DNA of 64,000 bases, from the IMG/VR virus record IMGVR_UViG_3300045988_171772, positions 64,001 to 128,000 of that record; one strand, given 5' to 3'. Below the pieces are notes generated by a model. It made no database searches and was not told the origin of the DNA. It saw only the letters and a list, made by a program, of their open reading frames with translations. Both the position numbers and the translations under genes were made by a program. Position 1 is the stretch's first letter. Each line of letters begins with the position of its first letter. Source of the stretch: a virus. Shown here piece after piece: positions 10,353 through 19,636 of the stretch.

Positions 10353-11522
10353 ATGATTTATTCAGACAATCGTCTTCTGAATGAGGAGATTGCGCATTTT
10401 GTCTTTGAGACAATGAATGCAGTTCCTGCTCAGGAGCGTATGGGTTTCAAAGCCAAAGCCCAGAATGTGATGAGCCCCAAGGGAAATCCTGTGGAGCAAT
10501 CCAAATTGGCTAATACTCTGTATCGTTCCATCGTGAAGAGTGCGAAAGAGTATGAGGCTTCCAGCCAGACCGACATGTTCTCTTATGCGAAAGCGAGTAA
10601 GGGAGATGTCACCAAGATCAGAGATTGGCCTCGTGCTGAGATGTGCTTCAACCGTCTGGCTGGAGTTGCCGGCTCTAAGAAGATTAGTCCCAATGTCACT
10701 CTGGTTTCTACCATGATTGACTTCCGGAAGATGCTTCTGGATAGCAAAGCTGATTTCGAGTATGGATTCAAGTATCATATTGACATCATCGAGATTCTCT
10801 ATGCCTATATGGTGGAATCCTACTATGAGTTGATCGATGCTGCTATCGTCGCTCTCCAGGAAGATATGCAGGATTATGCTGGAGTCCGTCCTACCAAGTT
10901 CTCTGGTTACAATGGCATGATCGTGGTGACTTCTTGCCAGACTCTCGTCAATCTGTATAAGACTGGTGAGTGGAAGAAGTTCATGAAGTCTTTCCAGAAT
11001 GCCAAAGTTGCTGCCAATGAGTCCATTGTCTTTGATGGACTGGATGGTGAGTTTGGTATGGGTGTGATCGAGGATGATCCGTTTGCTGCTCTGGAAGGGA
11101 ATGTGATCATTGACAAAGCTCTGGGTATTATCAAGACTGCTGGTATCACCATTGGTGTGGTAGTCACCGTCTTCTTTGCCCTGCGTGGTCTGATTGCCTA
11201 TTTCTTCCATAGAGCTGCCAAGCATCGTGATCATGCTGAGAATCAAGCGAAACTGCTTGACAATATTCTCGCTACCGACACTTCTCTTACTCCTGAGGAG
11301 AGAGACAAGATCGAAAGAAAGAAGATCAAGCTGCAGGAGACTGCTGCCAACATTGACAGAAAGATCTTCAAGGCTGACAAAGCAGCGAAGGAAGACATGC
11401 GCAAAGAATCTGCCGCCATTGCAAAAGCGATGACAGATGATAGCGGATTCGTCGGTGTTACTCCCGGCACTGCTTCCAATGCTACTCCGTCTCCTGATTC
11501 TGACGACTTCGTCATTCTCTAA
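10353..11522 (+). CDS. hypothetical membrane-associated protein
   Basis: 389-aa ORF with SD TAAGGAGG. TM segment IIKTAGITIGVVVTVFFALRGLIAYFF followed by a charged tail. Confidence 0.8.
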   Translation: MIYSDNRLLNEEIAHFVFETMNAVPAQERMGFKAKAQNVMSPKGNPVEQSKLANTLYRSIVKSAKEYEASSQTDMFSYAKASKGDVTKIRDWPRAEMCFNRLAGVAGSKKISPNVTLVSTMIDFRKMLLDSKADFEYGFKYHIDIIEILYAYMVESYYELIDAAIVALQEDMQDYAGVRPTKFSGYNGMIVVTSCQTLVNLYKTGEWKKFMKSFQNAKVAANESIVFDGLDGEFGMGVIEDDPFAALEGNVIIDKALGIIKTAGITIGVVVTVFFALRGLIAYFFHRAAKHRDHAENQAKLLDNILATDTSLTPEERDKIERKKIKLQETAANIDRKIFKADKAAKEDMRKESAAIAKAMTDDSGFVGVTPGTASNATPSPDSDDFVIL

Positions 11523-11532
11523 CCAAGAATGA

Positions 11533-11588
11533 AATTCCCTAGTTACTAATCTAAGAAAAAGAATTAGTAACTAGGGAATTGATTTTAT
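11533..11588 (+). terminator. intrinsic terminator (18-bp perfect stem)
   Basis: AATTCCCTAGTTACTAAT (11533-11550) pairs with ATTAGTAACTAGGGAATT (11563-11580), then GATTTTAT. Confidence 0.75.
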
Positions 11589-11652
11589 ATAATATGAAGC
11601 GATTGACTTATTATGAGCTGGCATCTCAATAGTCACCTAGTTTATAAAAATA

Positions 11653-11703
11653 AAGATACGATACCAGTTTCTAGAATCAGATCTAGACTTGGTATCGTAT
11701 CTT
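11653..11703 (+). repeat. nested long hairpin H4
   Basis: 14-bp perfect arms AAGATACGATACCA (11653-11666) and TGGTATCGTATCTT (11690-11703). They enclose an apical TCTAGA/TCTAGA stem. No T-run follows. Confidence 0.8.
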
Positions 11704-12453
11704 ATAAAGTGATTTACCGCACAAGAATACAGAATGATTCATCATGATTCCAGTATCTCTTTCTCTATAAGAGAGCTCAATCCGGAACTAAAAAGAAGGA
11801 ATCTAACTAGCTTGCAGAATACATCTTGGGAGAACATAAAGAGCGGAGTTACCGTATAGATTCAAACCAACCCGTATGCTATACCTCCAGAGAGCTTAAC
11901 TTGATAATCTCATAGAGATAAGAGAGAGTGAAGAAGATGATCTCTCTTATATAGGAAGAGCAAGAGCAAATGCGTACTGATATTCGGAGGTTCAGTGAGC
12001 AAAAAGTATGTAAGAGAGACCTGAAAATAGAAGAAAGTAGGTATCATAATAGAGAGGTATATACTAGACAAAATCCATGGATGTATCACAAAAATGGAAT
12101 TGACTATCTATATCCCTAAGATAACATTTTGGTTTCTATTTCCAAAATATAGGAGTGATCGGTCACATGGTTCCTGTATTCCTATAAATCACTTTACTGA
12201 TGATGTAGGAATTTTTAACGAAAGTATCCACAATGCTTATAAAGCAGAAGAAATACCTTATTATCATCCTCCCTGATGTAAGATCACTTTCTATATCTGC
12301 TTAATTGGAATGATCGAGATCCGAAGAGACCCGTCTATAGTACCAGCACCTTCTGTTATAGGGTGAAACTCTTTGTTTGAACTCTCATTCCAGTGTCTGT
12401 GAAATCCTTCTCTTGAACGGTCATTTGAAGAGCTGGATTTCCCCTTTCCATTT

Positions 12454-12498
12454 CCCATATGGCAAGGATTGCAAGCACGCCATATGGGATTTAATTTG
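12454..12498 (+). terminator. intrinsic terminator closing the 11.6-12.45 kb ORF-free block
   Basis: CCCATATGGC (12454-12463) pairs with GCCATATGGG (12479-12488), then ATTTAATTTG. Confidence 0.6.
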
Positions 12499-12502
12499 TC
12501 AA

Positions 12503-12558
12503 ATATAATACGTCATTTCACCGATTCGAAAAGTCGATGGTGAAATGACGTATATTAT
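12503..12558. repeat. long hairpin H3 (its right arm carries a TATATTAT promoter-like core)
   Basis: 13-bp perfect core ACGTCATTTCACC (12510-12522) pairs with GGTGAAATGACGT (12539-12551), with imperfect AT-rich extensions. Confidence 0.7.
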
Positions 12559-12609
12559 CTTGGTAAGCGAATAGAGAAATGATTAGAATCTAATTCTGTA
12601 TTCTTAGGG

Positions 12610-12939
12610 ATGATACATGAATTAGAAATCGAAAAGGAATCATATAGCGGTATGACTCACTTCGATTATTTCTTCTCCACTGTGGAGGAAATTCGTAATT
12701 TCGTTCGTTCTTCTGAATCTAGTAAGACTCAGGAAGGCAGAAATCTAAGTAGATACTTCAATATCTTGGATAATAGCTCACACCTCAACCCAAGAGAACT
12801 GAGCTCAAAAGAATATCAACTTAGAGGAATCCTGAATGAGAAAGCCTTCTGGGAATTTCATTTACGATATCCCGAATTTAGGCAACTTACTTATGATTCC
12901 TTAGGAATCGATCGAACATTACTCATCATTCCACAGTAA
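12610..12939 (+). CDS. hypothetical protein
   Basis: 109-aa ORF with a weak SD (TAGGG). Preceded by CGTATATTATC at 12549-12559. Confidence 0.5.
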   Translation: MIHELEIEKESYSGMTHFDYFFSTVEEIRNFVRSSESSKTQEGRNLSRYFNILDNSSHLNPRELSSKEYQLRGILNEKAFWEFHLRYPEFRQLTYDSLGIDRTLLIIPQ

Positions 12940-12950
12940 CGCTTACTGAC

Positions 12951-12986
12951 AGAATGGGCATCCCAAAGACATCCATTCTTTTTTGT
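12951..12986 (+). terminator. intrinsic terminator
   Basis: AGAATGG (12951-12957) pairs with CCATTCT (12973-12979), followed by TTTTTTG. Confidence 0.5.
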
Positions 12987-13179
12987 TGAAATTCCTATAT
13001 CTGTCTTTTTCCTTCCTGTTGTGAAAATAACGGTCAATAGGGATTTTAACATGGACATTCTCTATTCGCTTTACGATCTTTGTATCTTTTCACATTTTAT
13101 TTTAGTTTCTCCTTCCAATTCTGTGACTATTTAGTAAGTGCCCTTTAACCCTTTGCACTAGGAAGGAGTGTAAATCGCA

Positions 13180-14076
13180 ATGGAAAATATTCTCTATGAT
13201 GCGATCGATGTCTCGAAGCATCAGGGTACTGTGAATTGGGATAATGTCAAGAATTCTGGCATTTCTCATGTCATGATTCGGGCTGGCTATGGTCGTTACT
13301 CTAGCCAGAAAGATCCTCAGTTTGAGAGGAACGTCAGAGAATGTGAAAAGAGAGGAATTCATTGGGGTGCCTATTGGTACAGCTATGCTACCAGCACTAC
13401 TCAAGCTCAGCAAGAGGCCAATGCCTTCCTGTCTGTCATGAGAGGGAAGAAACCCGATATGCCTCTGGCGTATGACATCGAGTATGAACCTGGTATTCTG
13501 GCTCTGTCTGATTCCACTCGTACTCAGATGGTCAAAGCTTTCCTCAATAAGGTAGAAGCTGCTGGATACTATGGAATTCTCTATGCTTCCAAGGATTTCA
13601 TTCAGAACTACCTGAATTACAATGAGCTGAAGTCCTATGATGCCTGGTGTGCTCAGTATGGTTCTTCTTGCACCTGTCCGCTTCCTTATGGAATTTGGCA
13701 GTATAGCTCCAAGAACGCTCTGAATATTCCTGGCTATGGCAAGTCTCTGGACTGCAACCATGTCTACAAAGACTATCCGACCATCATCAAGAATGCTGGT
13801 CTGAATGGTTGGGGGAAACCCAATGAAGATGATGGTGATAAGAATATTGCTACCAATATGCAGCTCATCGCCATTGGGCCCATCACTGGTGTAGATGTCA
13901 CCACCATCAAGAATCTCTGTGTTTCTCTGCAGTTGGTTTCTCAGGGTCTGTATAAGGAATCCAATGGAACTCTGACCATTGGGCCTGTTAGCTCTGGTGA
14001 TGCTTACCTGATCATGAAGAAATGCGAAGATCTTGATCTGGTCTCTCGTGGCTATTACAAGTCCAAGTATGTCTAA
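13180..14076 (+). CDS. GH25 muramidase endolysin with C-terminal repeat (wall-binding?) region
   Basis: 298 aa. N-terminus DVSKHQGTVNWDNVKNSGISHVMIRAGYG, the YDIEYE acid pair and GAYWYSYA are typical of GH25. SD GGAAGGAG. Confidence 0.9.
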   Translation: MENILYDAIDVSKHQGTVNWDNVKNSGISHVMIRAGYGRYSSQKDPQFERNVRECEKRGIHWGAYWYSYATSTTQAQQEANAFLSVMRGKKPDMPLAYDIEYEPGILALSDSTRTQMVKAFLNKVEAAGYYGILYASKDFIQNYLNYNELKSYDAWCAQYGSSCTCPLPYGIWQYSSKNALNIPGYGKSLDCNHVYKDYPTIIKNAGLNGWGKPNEDDGDKNIATNMQLIAIGPITGVDVTTIKNLCVSLQLVSQGLYKESNGTLTIGPVSSGDAYLIMKKCEDLDLVSRGYYKSKYV

Positions 14077-14101
14077 TCTCTTCACTATCATAAACTAATT
14101 T

Positions 14102-14158
14102 AAATCCCTATATGGAATCTTCGGTTATATCAAGACTCCATATAGGGATTTTTATTTC
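14102..14158 (+). terminator. intrinsic terminator
   Basis: 15-bp stem AAATCCCTATATGGA (14102-14116) pairs with TCCATATAGGGATTT (14137-14151), then a T-run. Confidence 0.8.
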
Positions 14159-14161
14159 TTT

Positions 14162-17100
14162 TTAGTTCTGAAGAGCTTTTGTCTTCATATACTCTAAGAA
14201 GTCACTGTCTACATCCATCAATTGATCTTCGAGAGATTTATCTTTCATATTGATGTTACCATAGACATCGACATCATGGCTTCTCTCATAGATGGTAAAA
14301 TGAGAGGTATTCTCATTGATGAATAGGAATTTGGTAGGAGATACGAATCTTGCCATATTATGGTCCAGTCTTACTCCATCCAAGAAGTATTCATAGGTAC
14401 TATCCACAGGTCTATCCAATTCAGACAGATCCACGAGAGTATCAGACGCAGTGGGATCCTGAGGATTATTCCGATTGATATCTTTGACCTTGGTATATCT
14501 CCAGGGAAGATATTCGACCAGATAATAGTCTCCATTATCCATATCAAAGTTACTGGTAATGATAAGAGAATCAATCACTCTAGGATTCGATTGAACCATA
14601 TAGGCACTTGGATCAATGAGTGTACCAAGACCAGTATCCTTATTGCAATGCCAGATTCGAATCCGATCCTTACTAGGCTCAAGATCAAATTCTGACCAGG
14701 TGAATTGGTTGCTATAGGTATGAGTATCTTCATCTCCCACTCTGGGGCTTACTCTCCGAATACGACCAGAGGTAGAATATGTCCTTGTCGTAGTATTATC
14801 ACTATACTGCTCAGGAGGTCTTCCTTCCGCATATGTATCCTCGACATAGACACTTTCATCATCCGGATCAATATTGGTAGTAATCGTACCAGTGGGTTCG
14901 ATAATCCAGTAAGCAGCATTGGCATCATCATTCTGAGTATCCCAAATAGCAGAATGGTATTCATCGATACTCTTGATAATGATATTCTTACCAACGGCTT
15001 CCTCATTGGTAACCTGAATACGAATCTGAGGAATTATCTCATAGCTGAGCTGACTCTTCAAGACTTCCTCGGTAGGAGCAATCATCAGATCTACGGTAAT
15101 ATCCGAAGTAGCACTGACAAGACTCTGAGGAATAAAGATATACTGGAGAGTCAACCCCTCTTCATTGATGACAGTATACCGGAATACCTGATCGGTATAA
15201 TCATCATCAATCTTCACTCTGATGGGATAGAGATATCCTGTATCCGGAGCCTCTACTGAGAAGTAGATCATAGGCTCTGCAAAGGTTCTTACCTGCTTCG
15301 GATCATTGACAATATCCTCATTGGTTGTAACGGCATTCTGATAGATGGTAGAATCTGTCATATTGAAATAGAATTCTGCCACTCGAGTGCCGATCTCTTT
15401 GTAAGTGAGACCACTAGAAAGAGAATTAGCAATGACATTGCCAGTGAGAATGAACTCATCCGCATTTGTCAATACATACTCTTTGGATTTTGTCTGAAGG
15501 AAAGCAGATTCCAAACCAAAATATGCCTTCAGTCTGAAATAAGAGTTGGGATATCTCACCATGGTATCTGCATCATAATAGAGCAGATTCCTATCAGAGA
15601 AATGCTTGAAGTTTGCAGGGAATGTAATCTCTTGATAGAGCTGAGTGAAGTTGATGGGATTCTTGATGGAGAATCTCGTCTCTGCATTTTGTGTCATGAT
15701 ACAGAAATGCAGAATACTATTGGCGTTCACAAGAGATTTCGGGATGTAAGCATAGACATCATGACCATACTTGAAGGTAGTCAATTTGCCAATGATCTTA
15801 CCATCCACAAAGATCTCCATAGGGAATTTCTCTTCACTCTTCTCATAGAAACGAAACCACATCATGGGTTCCTCGAAGGTCACTTTCAGAGTATCAATCG
15901 GAGAATGATTCTCTATGACCGTATTGTTATAGATATCGGGATACTCAGCAAGGCTGACATCAAAGTCGAATACATCATGGTTTGTATCCAAGACAATATC
16001 TTTGAAGAAACCAGTGTAACGATTGACATCATCTTTCAGAATATTCACCAATCTATCCAAAGAGTATCGATCAGGTACATTGGGTTCCCATCTAGCATCA
16101 CTACCCATTGCTTCTGCATACTGGAGATAATCCTTGATGCAGTAACGAATCTTTTCGGGCATGTAATCCTTGATAGGTTCCTCCAAAGTATCATTAATAC
16201 ACTGGAGAGCATAATCTGCTCCATCCTCTTCCAGATACTTCATGTAATTCTCAATGGGATTGATGAAGGTAGTAGACACCTCATTGGAATAATAGGCATC
16301 CACAACGAGATTGTCATCTCCAGCATTCTCAATAGAATATACATTGGGATAGTAGAGAGTGGTAATGATATCCGGTCTCGGAGACATAACCCCAGTATTT
16401 GCATTGTATGCATAATATCTGAGATTATCTACCGGGACAGGATTCTTTCCATTCTCCAAAGGAATCTGGAAGTATCTTGTCTGACCCAGAGATCCTCTGA
16501 AGTCCATATCTCGTGTACCGACGATATAGATATCAATGGCTCTAGAACCAGACACCAGAGAGGAGATATAAGGCTTCTCCAACTGGAAGTATTGACCTCC
16601 ATCTGTACCAGTGATCTTATGAGTCAGAGTCATCTTCATGAGATTTCTATTCACAGCTTCCGGATCACTGATGAATGCAAAATAGGCATTGTCATTCAAT
16701 GTCTTATTGCATCCATCCAGATCGGAACCTGTGAAGATACTCAGAGGAATACCACCCTCAGATACATTGAAGCAAGTGGAAGGTTTCGCTGCATTATGGA
16801 CATAAAAATTGCTGGGTTTCTGGACATAGATCTTCCAGTCCACATTATTCATGACCATCTCTTTGATCGTAGCTTCCGGAAGACCATTATCATTGGGGAA
16901 GATCACCAAGAAGGTATACTCCTTACAAGGAATGAGATACATCTTAGAGAAGAGCTGATCTCCAATAAAGAAAAGAAGACCAGCATGGTATCTCTCAGAA
17001 TCCTTAAAGGTTTCCGTAATGGGAGTCATTCGATTCACAAGAACCGGTTCCAGCAGCACAGGTCTCTCATAGAAGTAATTCAAGAAGGTATTCTGAATCG

Positions 17101-17347
17101 AAGTTGAATAGGTAGTAGCTGGAAAGCCACAGGTGCTATTCAGATCATGATCGATCTTGAAATCCTTCATAGATCCAGAGATGAATCCGAGTTTACACGC
17201 AATTCTCTGCGCTCTAAGGCATGAGAAGTAAAGCTGATGATAGTATTTATTTATATTCTTCCTTACGGTATTGACATCGTAAGTATTATTAAAGAAATAA
17301 GAAGGAATACCATCAATCGGCGACTTTGAATCCTTATAGATAGGCAT
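14162..17347 (-). CDS. large virion structural protein (function unassigned)
   Basis: 1061-aa ORF with SD TAAGGAGGG. An AACA-N6-TAA motif lies about 30 nt upstream. No enzymatic motif seen. Confidence 0.8.
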   Translation of the reverse strand: MPIYKDSKSPIDGIPSYFFNNTYDVNTVRKNINKYYHQLYFSCLRAQRIACKLGFISGSMKDFKIDHDLNSTCGFPATTYSTSIQNTFLNYFYERPVLLEPVLVNRMTPITETFKDSERYHAGLLFFIGDQLFSKMYLIPCKEYTFLVIFPNDNGLPEATIKEMVMNNVDWKIYVQKPSNFYVHNAAKPSTCFNVSEGGIPLSIFTGSDLDGCNKTLNDNAYFAFISDPEAVNRNLMKMTLTHKITGTDGGQYFQLEKPYISSLVSGSRAIDIYIVGTRDMDFRGSLGQTRYFQIPLENGKNPVPVDNLRYYAYNANTGVMSPRPDIITTLYYPNVYSIENAGDDNLVVDAYYSNEVSTTFINPIENYMKYLEEDGADYALQCINDTLEEPIKDYMPEKIRYCIKDYLQYAEAMGSDARWEPNVPDRYSLDRLVNILKDDVNRYTGFFKDIVLDTNHDVFDFDVSLAEYPDIYNNTVIENHSPIDTLKVTFEEPMMWFRFYEKSEEKFPMEIFVDGKIIGKLTTFKYGHDVYAYIPKSLVNANSILHFCIMTQNAETRFSIKNPINFTQLYQEITFPANFKHFSDRNLLYYDADTMVRYPNSYFRLKAYFGLESAFLQTKSKEYVLTNADEFILTGNVIANSLSSGLTYKEIGTRVAEFYFNMTDSTIYQNAVTTNEDIVNDPKQVRTFAEPMIYFSVEAPDTGYLYPIRVKIDDDYTDQVFRYTVINEEGLTLQYIFIPQSLVSATSDITVDLMIAPTEEVLKSQLSYEIIPQIRIQVTNEEAVGKNIIIKSIDEYHSAIWDTQNDDANAAYWIIEPTGTITTNIDPDDESVYVEDTYAEGRPPEQYSDNTTTRTYSTSGRIRRVSPRVGDEDTHTYSNQFTWSEFDLEPSKDRIRIWHCNKDTGLGTLIDPSAYMVQSNPRVIDSLIITSNFDMDNGDYYLVEYLPWRYTKVKDINRNNPQDPTASDTLVDLSELDRPVDSTYEYFLDGVRLDHNMARFVSPTKFLFINENTSHFTIYERSHDVDVYGNINMKDKSLEDQLMDVDSDFLEYMKTKALQN

Positions 17348-17377
17348 TGTCGTGTTCCCTCCTTATATAGCGTTACT

Positions 17378-17390
17378 TTAAGGGGCTGTT
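17378..17390 (-). promoter_or_regulatory. AACA-N6-TAA motif (candidate late-type promoter)
   Basis: Minus strand reads GAGAAAAACAGCCCCTTAAAG, upstream of 14162-17347. Confidence 0.55.
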
Positions 17391-17420
17391 TTTCTCAATC
17401 GAATATGCGGGATAAAATTT

Positions 17421-17431
17421 CTATATATTAT
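17421..17431 (+). promoter_or_regulatory. CTATATATTAT motif (candidate early-type promoter)
   Basis: CTATATATTATTTAGGTAGAAAGGAG, 23 nt before ATG 17455. Confidence 0.55.
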
Positions 17432-17454
17432 TTAGGTAGAAAGGAGTAAAAGAT

Positions 17455-17886
17455 ATGTCGTATGGAAGTTTGTTAAAGTCACATATCTCTAAATGTATTA
17501 CAGTAAGAGATTGCTGTGAAGCGTTGAGCCATGTGTTAAACGAATTCTCGAAATCTTCAGATGAAGAGATTATCGGGGATAAGTTCTTATCATCGAAATC
17601 ATCCAATTCCAACTATGCCTATTGCGTAGCTCTCTGGGTAAAAGATCTCAGAGAGGAACCAAGAGACATCACAGAGGAATTGACTGATATAGCACTTGAG
17701 AGGTTGACTCTCTTTCCGGATGACCCTATGAGTCTTCTGGATAAGAAAATGATCAATCTCATCAGTCTGTCAAAGATCCGTCTTCATCCGGATCAAGACA
17801 TACCCAGATATCGTGAGAGATTCTCTAAGATGTATCCCGGAGAATCTCTCACGAAGTCTTTTATCAAATACGGATTAAAGGAGTAA
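17455..17886 (+). CDS. hypothetical protein
   Basis: 143-aa ORF with SD GAAAGGAG. First gene of the operon that contains the beta-prime fragment. Confidence 0.7.
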   Translation: MSYGSLLKSHISKCITVRDCCEALSHVLNEFSKSSDEEIIGDKFLSSKSSNSNYAYCVALWVKDLREEPRDITEELTDIALERLTLFPDDPMSLLDKKMINLISLSKIRLHPDQDIPRYRERFSKMYPGESLTKSFIKYGLKE

Positions 17887-17893
17887 ATAAACT

Positions 17894-18127
17894 ATGATTA
17901 GTTATAATGGAGTCTGGCTCGATCTTAAAGATATCGAGAGAATCACTGCCGAAAACAGTGGGCTCTCTTACTTCGGAACAAAATTCGCGGTCATGGCCGT
18001 GATGAAAAACAATGATCACTTCCTGATGGATTATGCTAAATCCTACAGTGAAGCGATCGAAAAGGCAATTGACCTTCAGAAGCAGATTGACTATCTGAAG
18101 CAGAAAGAGCTCGAGGAAAACACCTAA
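17894..18127 (+). CDS. hypothetical protein
   Basis: 77-aa ORF with SD AAAGGAG. Confidence 0.65.
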   Translation: MISYNGVWLDLKDIERITAENSGLSYFGTKFAVMAVMKNNDHFLMDYAKSYSEAIEKAIDLQKQIDYLKQKELEENT

Positions 18128-18269
18128 GAAGAAAAAGATGGGACTTACTATTACCAAGTTAGTATCCCATTCTTTTTTGTATTTTTGTATGCTCTGAAGA
18201 GGGTATACCGAAAACACTTACCATAAAATTGATGATTCTTATCCATTCAGCAAAGGATGTGATATTCAA

Positions 18270-19493
18270 ATGCCTACAATGCTGTCGGAGGACCAAAAGA
18301 AGAAACTCCTATCTATGCAGCAGAAAGATATGAGTGTATCTTTCATTACCAAGACCTTTACAAAGTCTTCTGTGAGAAAGATCGTCAATGGTAAGATTAC
18401 CTTTGTGACCAAGAATCCAGAGTTTGATCTCAGAGCTCTCTTCACTCTGAAGAAGGGTGAGTATATCAATACAGAAGATATCCAGACTTCTGTCGGTAGA
18501 TTTCTTTTCAATAAGCTCATTATTGAAAATACCATCTCCGATATTATCCCTGGTGGATACTATAACAAAGTATTCACCAAGAAATCCTGGGATGAATTGG
18601 CTGGATATATCTCTGCTTCTATCATGGAAGGAAAACTCTCTACAGAGAATCTGGTTCAGTATCTGAAGAAGTTTGAATTCTATGGATTGAAACTGGTTAC
18701 CTGTCTGAGTCCTTCTTTTGACCAGGCCGTGTTGAAACCTAATCCCATCGTCCAGAAAGAGAAGCAAAAGCTCTTGGATGAATTGGATGAAAAAGAGAAT
18801 CCAACTTTGAAAGATTATACAGACATTGAGGATAAACTGATCAATACTGCAAAGAATGCGATCGGTAAAGATCCTTCTATGTCTCTGTATGACTCTGGAT
18901 CTCGTGGTAACTTTGACAATGACTACAAGATCAATACGGTCATCGTTGGTCCTGTCAAAAATTGTGCCACTGGTGGATACGACTTTATGAAGTCTGATAT
19001 GATCGAAGGACTTCGTAAAGAGGATATTCCCAAAGCTGGTAACATGGTCGTTGGTGCTTCCTATCCGAAAGCGGTTGGTACTGCTGTCGGTGGTTATATG
19101 ACCAAAGAATTCTATGCAGTGTATCAGTCCATCATTCTCTCTGATGTAGAAGACTGTGGATCTAAGTATACACTCAAGATTCATCTTACCAAAGACAATA
19201 TTAATTCCTTCATGTATCAGTATATGATGGAAGGAGAAAAGAAAGTTTGTCTGACTCCTGATAATGCTTCTAAGTATATTGGGAAGACAGTTCACTTTAG
19301 ATCTCCCATGGGGTGTATTGGTCAGCAACTTTGCAGAACCTGTGCTGGTACCAGATTCGACAAACTGGATATCAAGAATGTCGGCCTGACTGCTGGTAAG
19401 GTATCCAATAACCTCATGAATAAACAGATGAAGAAATTCCATGAGATTCGAGTCAAACTCGATACTGTGGATCCTTCTACTCTTCTTATGTGA
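18270..19493 (+). CDS. multisubunit RNA polymerase beta-prime-like middle fragment
   Basis: 407 aa. DSGSRGNFDN...IVGPV resembles SGARGS...GMRG. AVGTAVGGYMTKEF resembles the bridge helix DTALKTANSGYLTRR. VHFRSPMGC...CRTCAG resembles VxxRS..C....C..CYG. The ORF ends at KKFHE, which corresponds to the trigger-loop RTFH. Confidence 0.75.
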   Translation: MPTMLSEDQKKKLLSMQQKDMSVSFITKTFTKSSVRKIVNGKITFVTKNPEFDLRALFTLKKGEYINTEDIQTSVGRFLFNKLIIENTISDIIPGGYYNKVFTKKSWDELAGYISASIMEGKLSTENLVQYLKKFEFYGLKLVTCLSPSFDQAVLKPNPIVQKEKQKLLDELDEKENPTLKDYTDIEDKLINTAKNAIGKDPSMSLYDSGSRGNFDNDYKINTVIVGPVKNCATGGYDFMKSDMIEGLRKEDIPKAGNMVVGASYPKAVGTAVGGYMTKEFYAVYQSIILSDVEDCGSKYTLKIHLTKDNINSFMYQYMMEGEKKVCLTPDNASKYIGKTVHFRSPMGCIGQQLCRTCAGTRFDKLDIKNVGLTAGKVSNNLMNKQMKKFHEIRVKLDTVDPSTLLM

Positions 19494-19502
19494 TAAAACT
19501 TT

Positions 19503-19552
19503 ATAGCCTATATAGACAATCTTTGAGATGCGTCTATATAGGCTATTTTTAT
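19503..19552 (+). terminator. intrinsic terminator
   Basis: ATAGCCTATATAGAC (19503-19517) pairs with GTCTATATAGGCTAT (19532-19546), then TTTTTATT. Confidence 0.85.
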
Positions 19553-19578
19553 TCCATCGAAAAATGAAAATGGAAATT

Positions 19579-19589
19579 CTATATATTAT
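19579..19589 (+). promoter_or_regulatory. CTATATATTAT motif (candidate early-type promoter)
   Basis: CTATATATTATTCATATAGAAAGAG, 47 nt before ATG 19637. Confidence 0.55.
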
Positions 19590-19636
19590 TCATATAGAAA
19601 GAGAAGGAAACTCTAAAACCAGAAAGGAAATTCACT

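Noticed and set aside
12094-12276. 60-aa ORF inside the 11.6-12.45 kb block
   Set aside because: It has no SD (ATCACAAAAATG), sits at the minimum length cut-off, and has composition typical of chance ORFs.
11589-12453. Additional group I introns in the other ORF-free blocks
   Set aside because: I searched both strands of the 11.6-12.45, 51.5-52.9 and 55.8-57.1 kb blocks by eye for the R/S elements (GUUCA..GACUA and AAGAUAUAGUC) and for flanking split ORFs. I found none. The flanking genes look complete, with their own SDs, stops and terminators.
13102-17107. ORFs 13102-14091(-) and 15602-17107(+)
   Set aside because: They are antisense shadows of the endolysin gene and the 1061-aa structural gene respectively.
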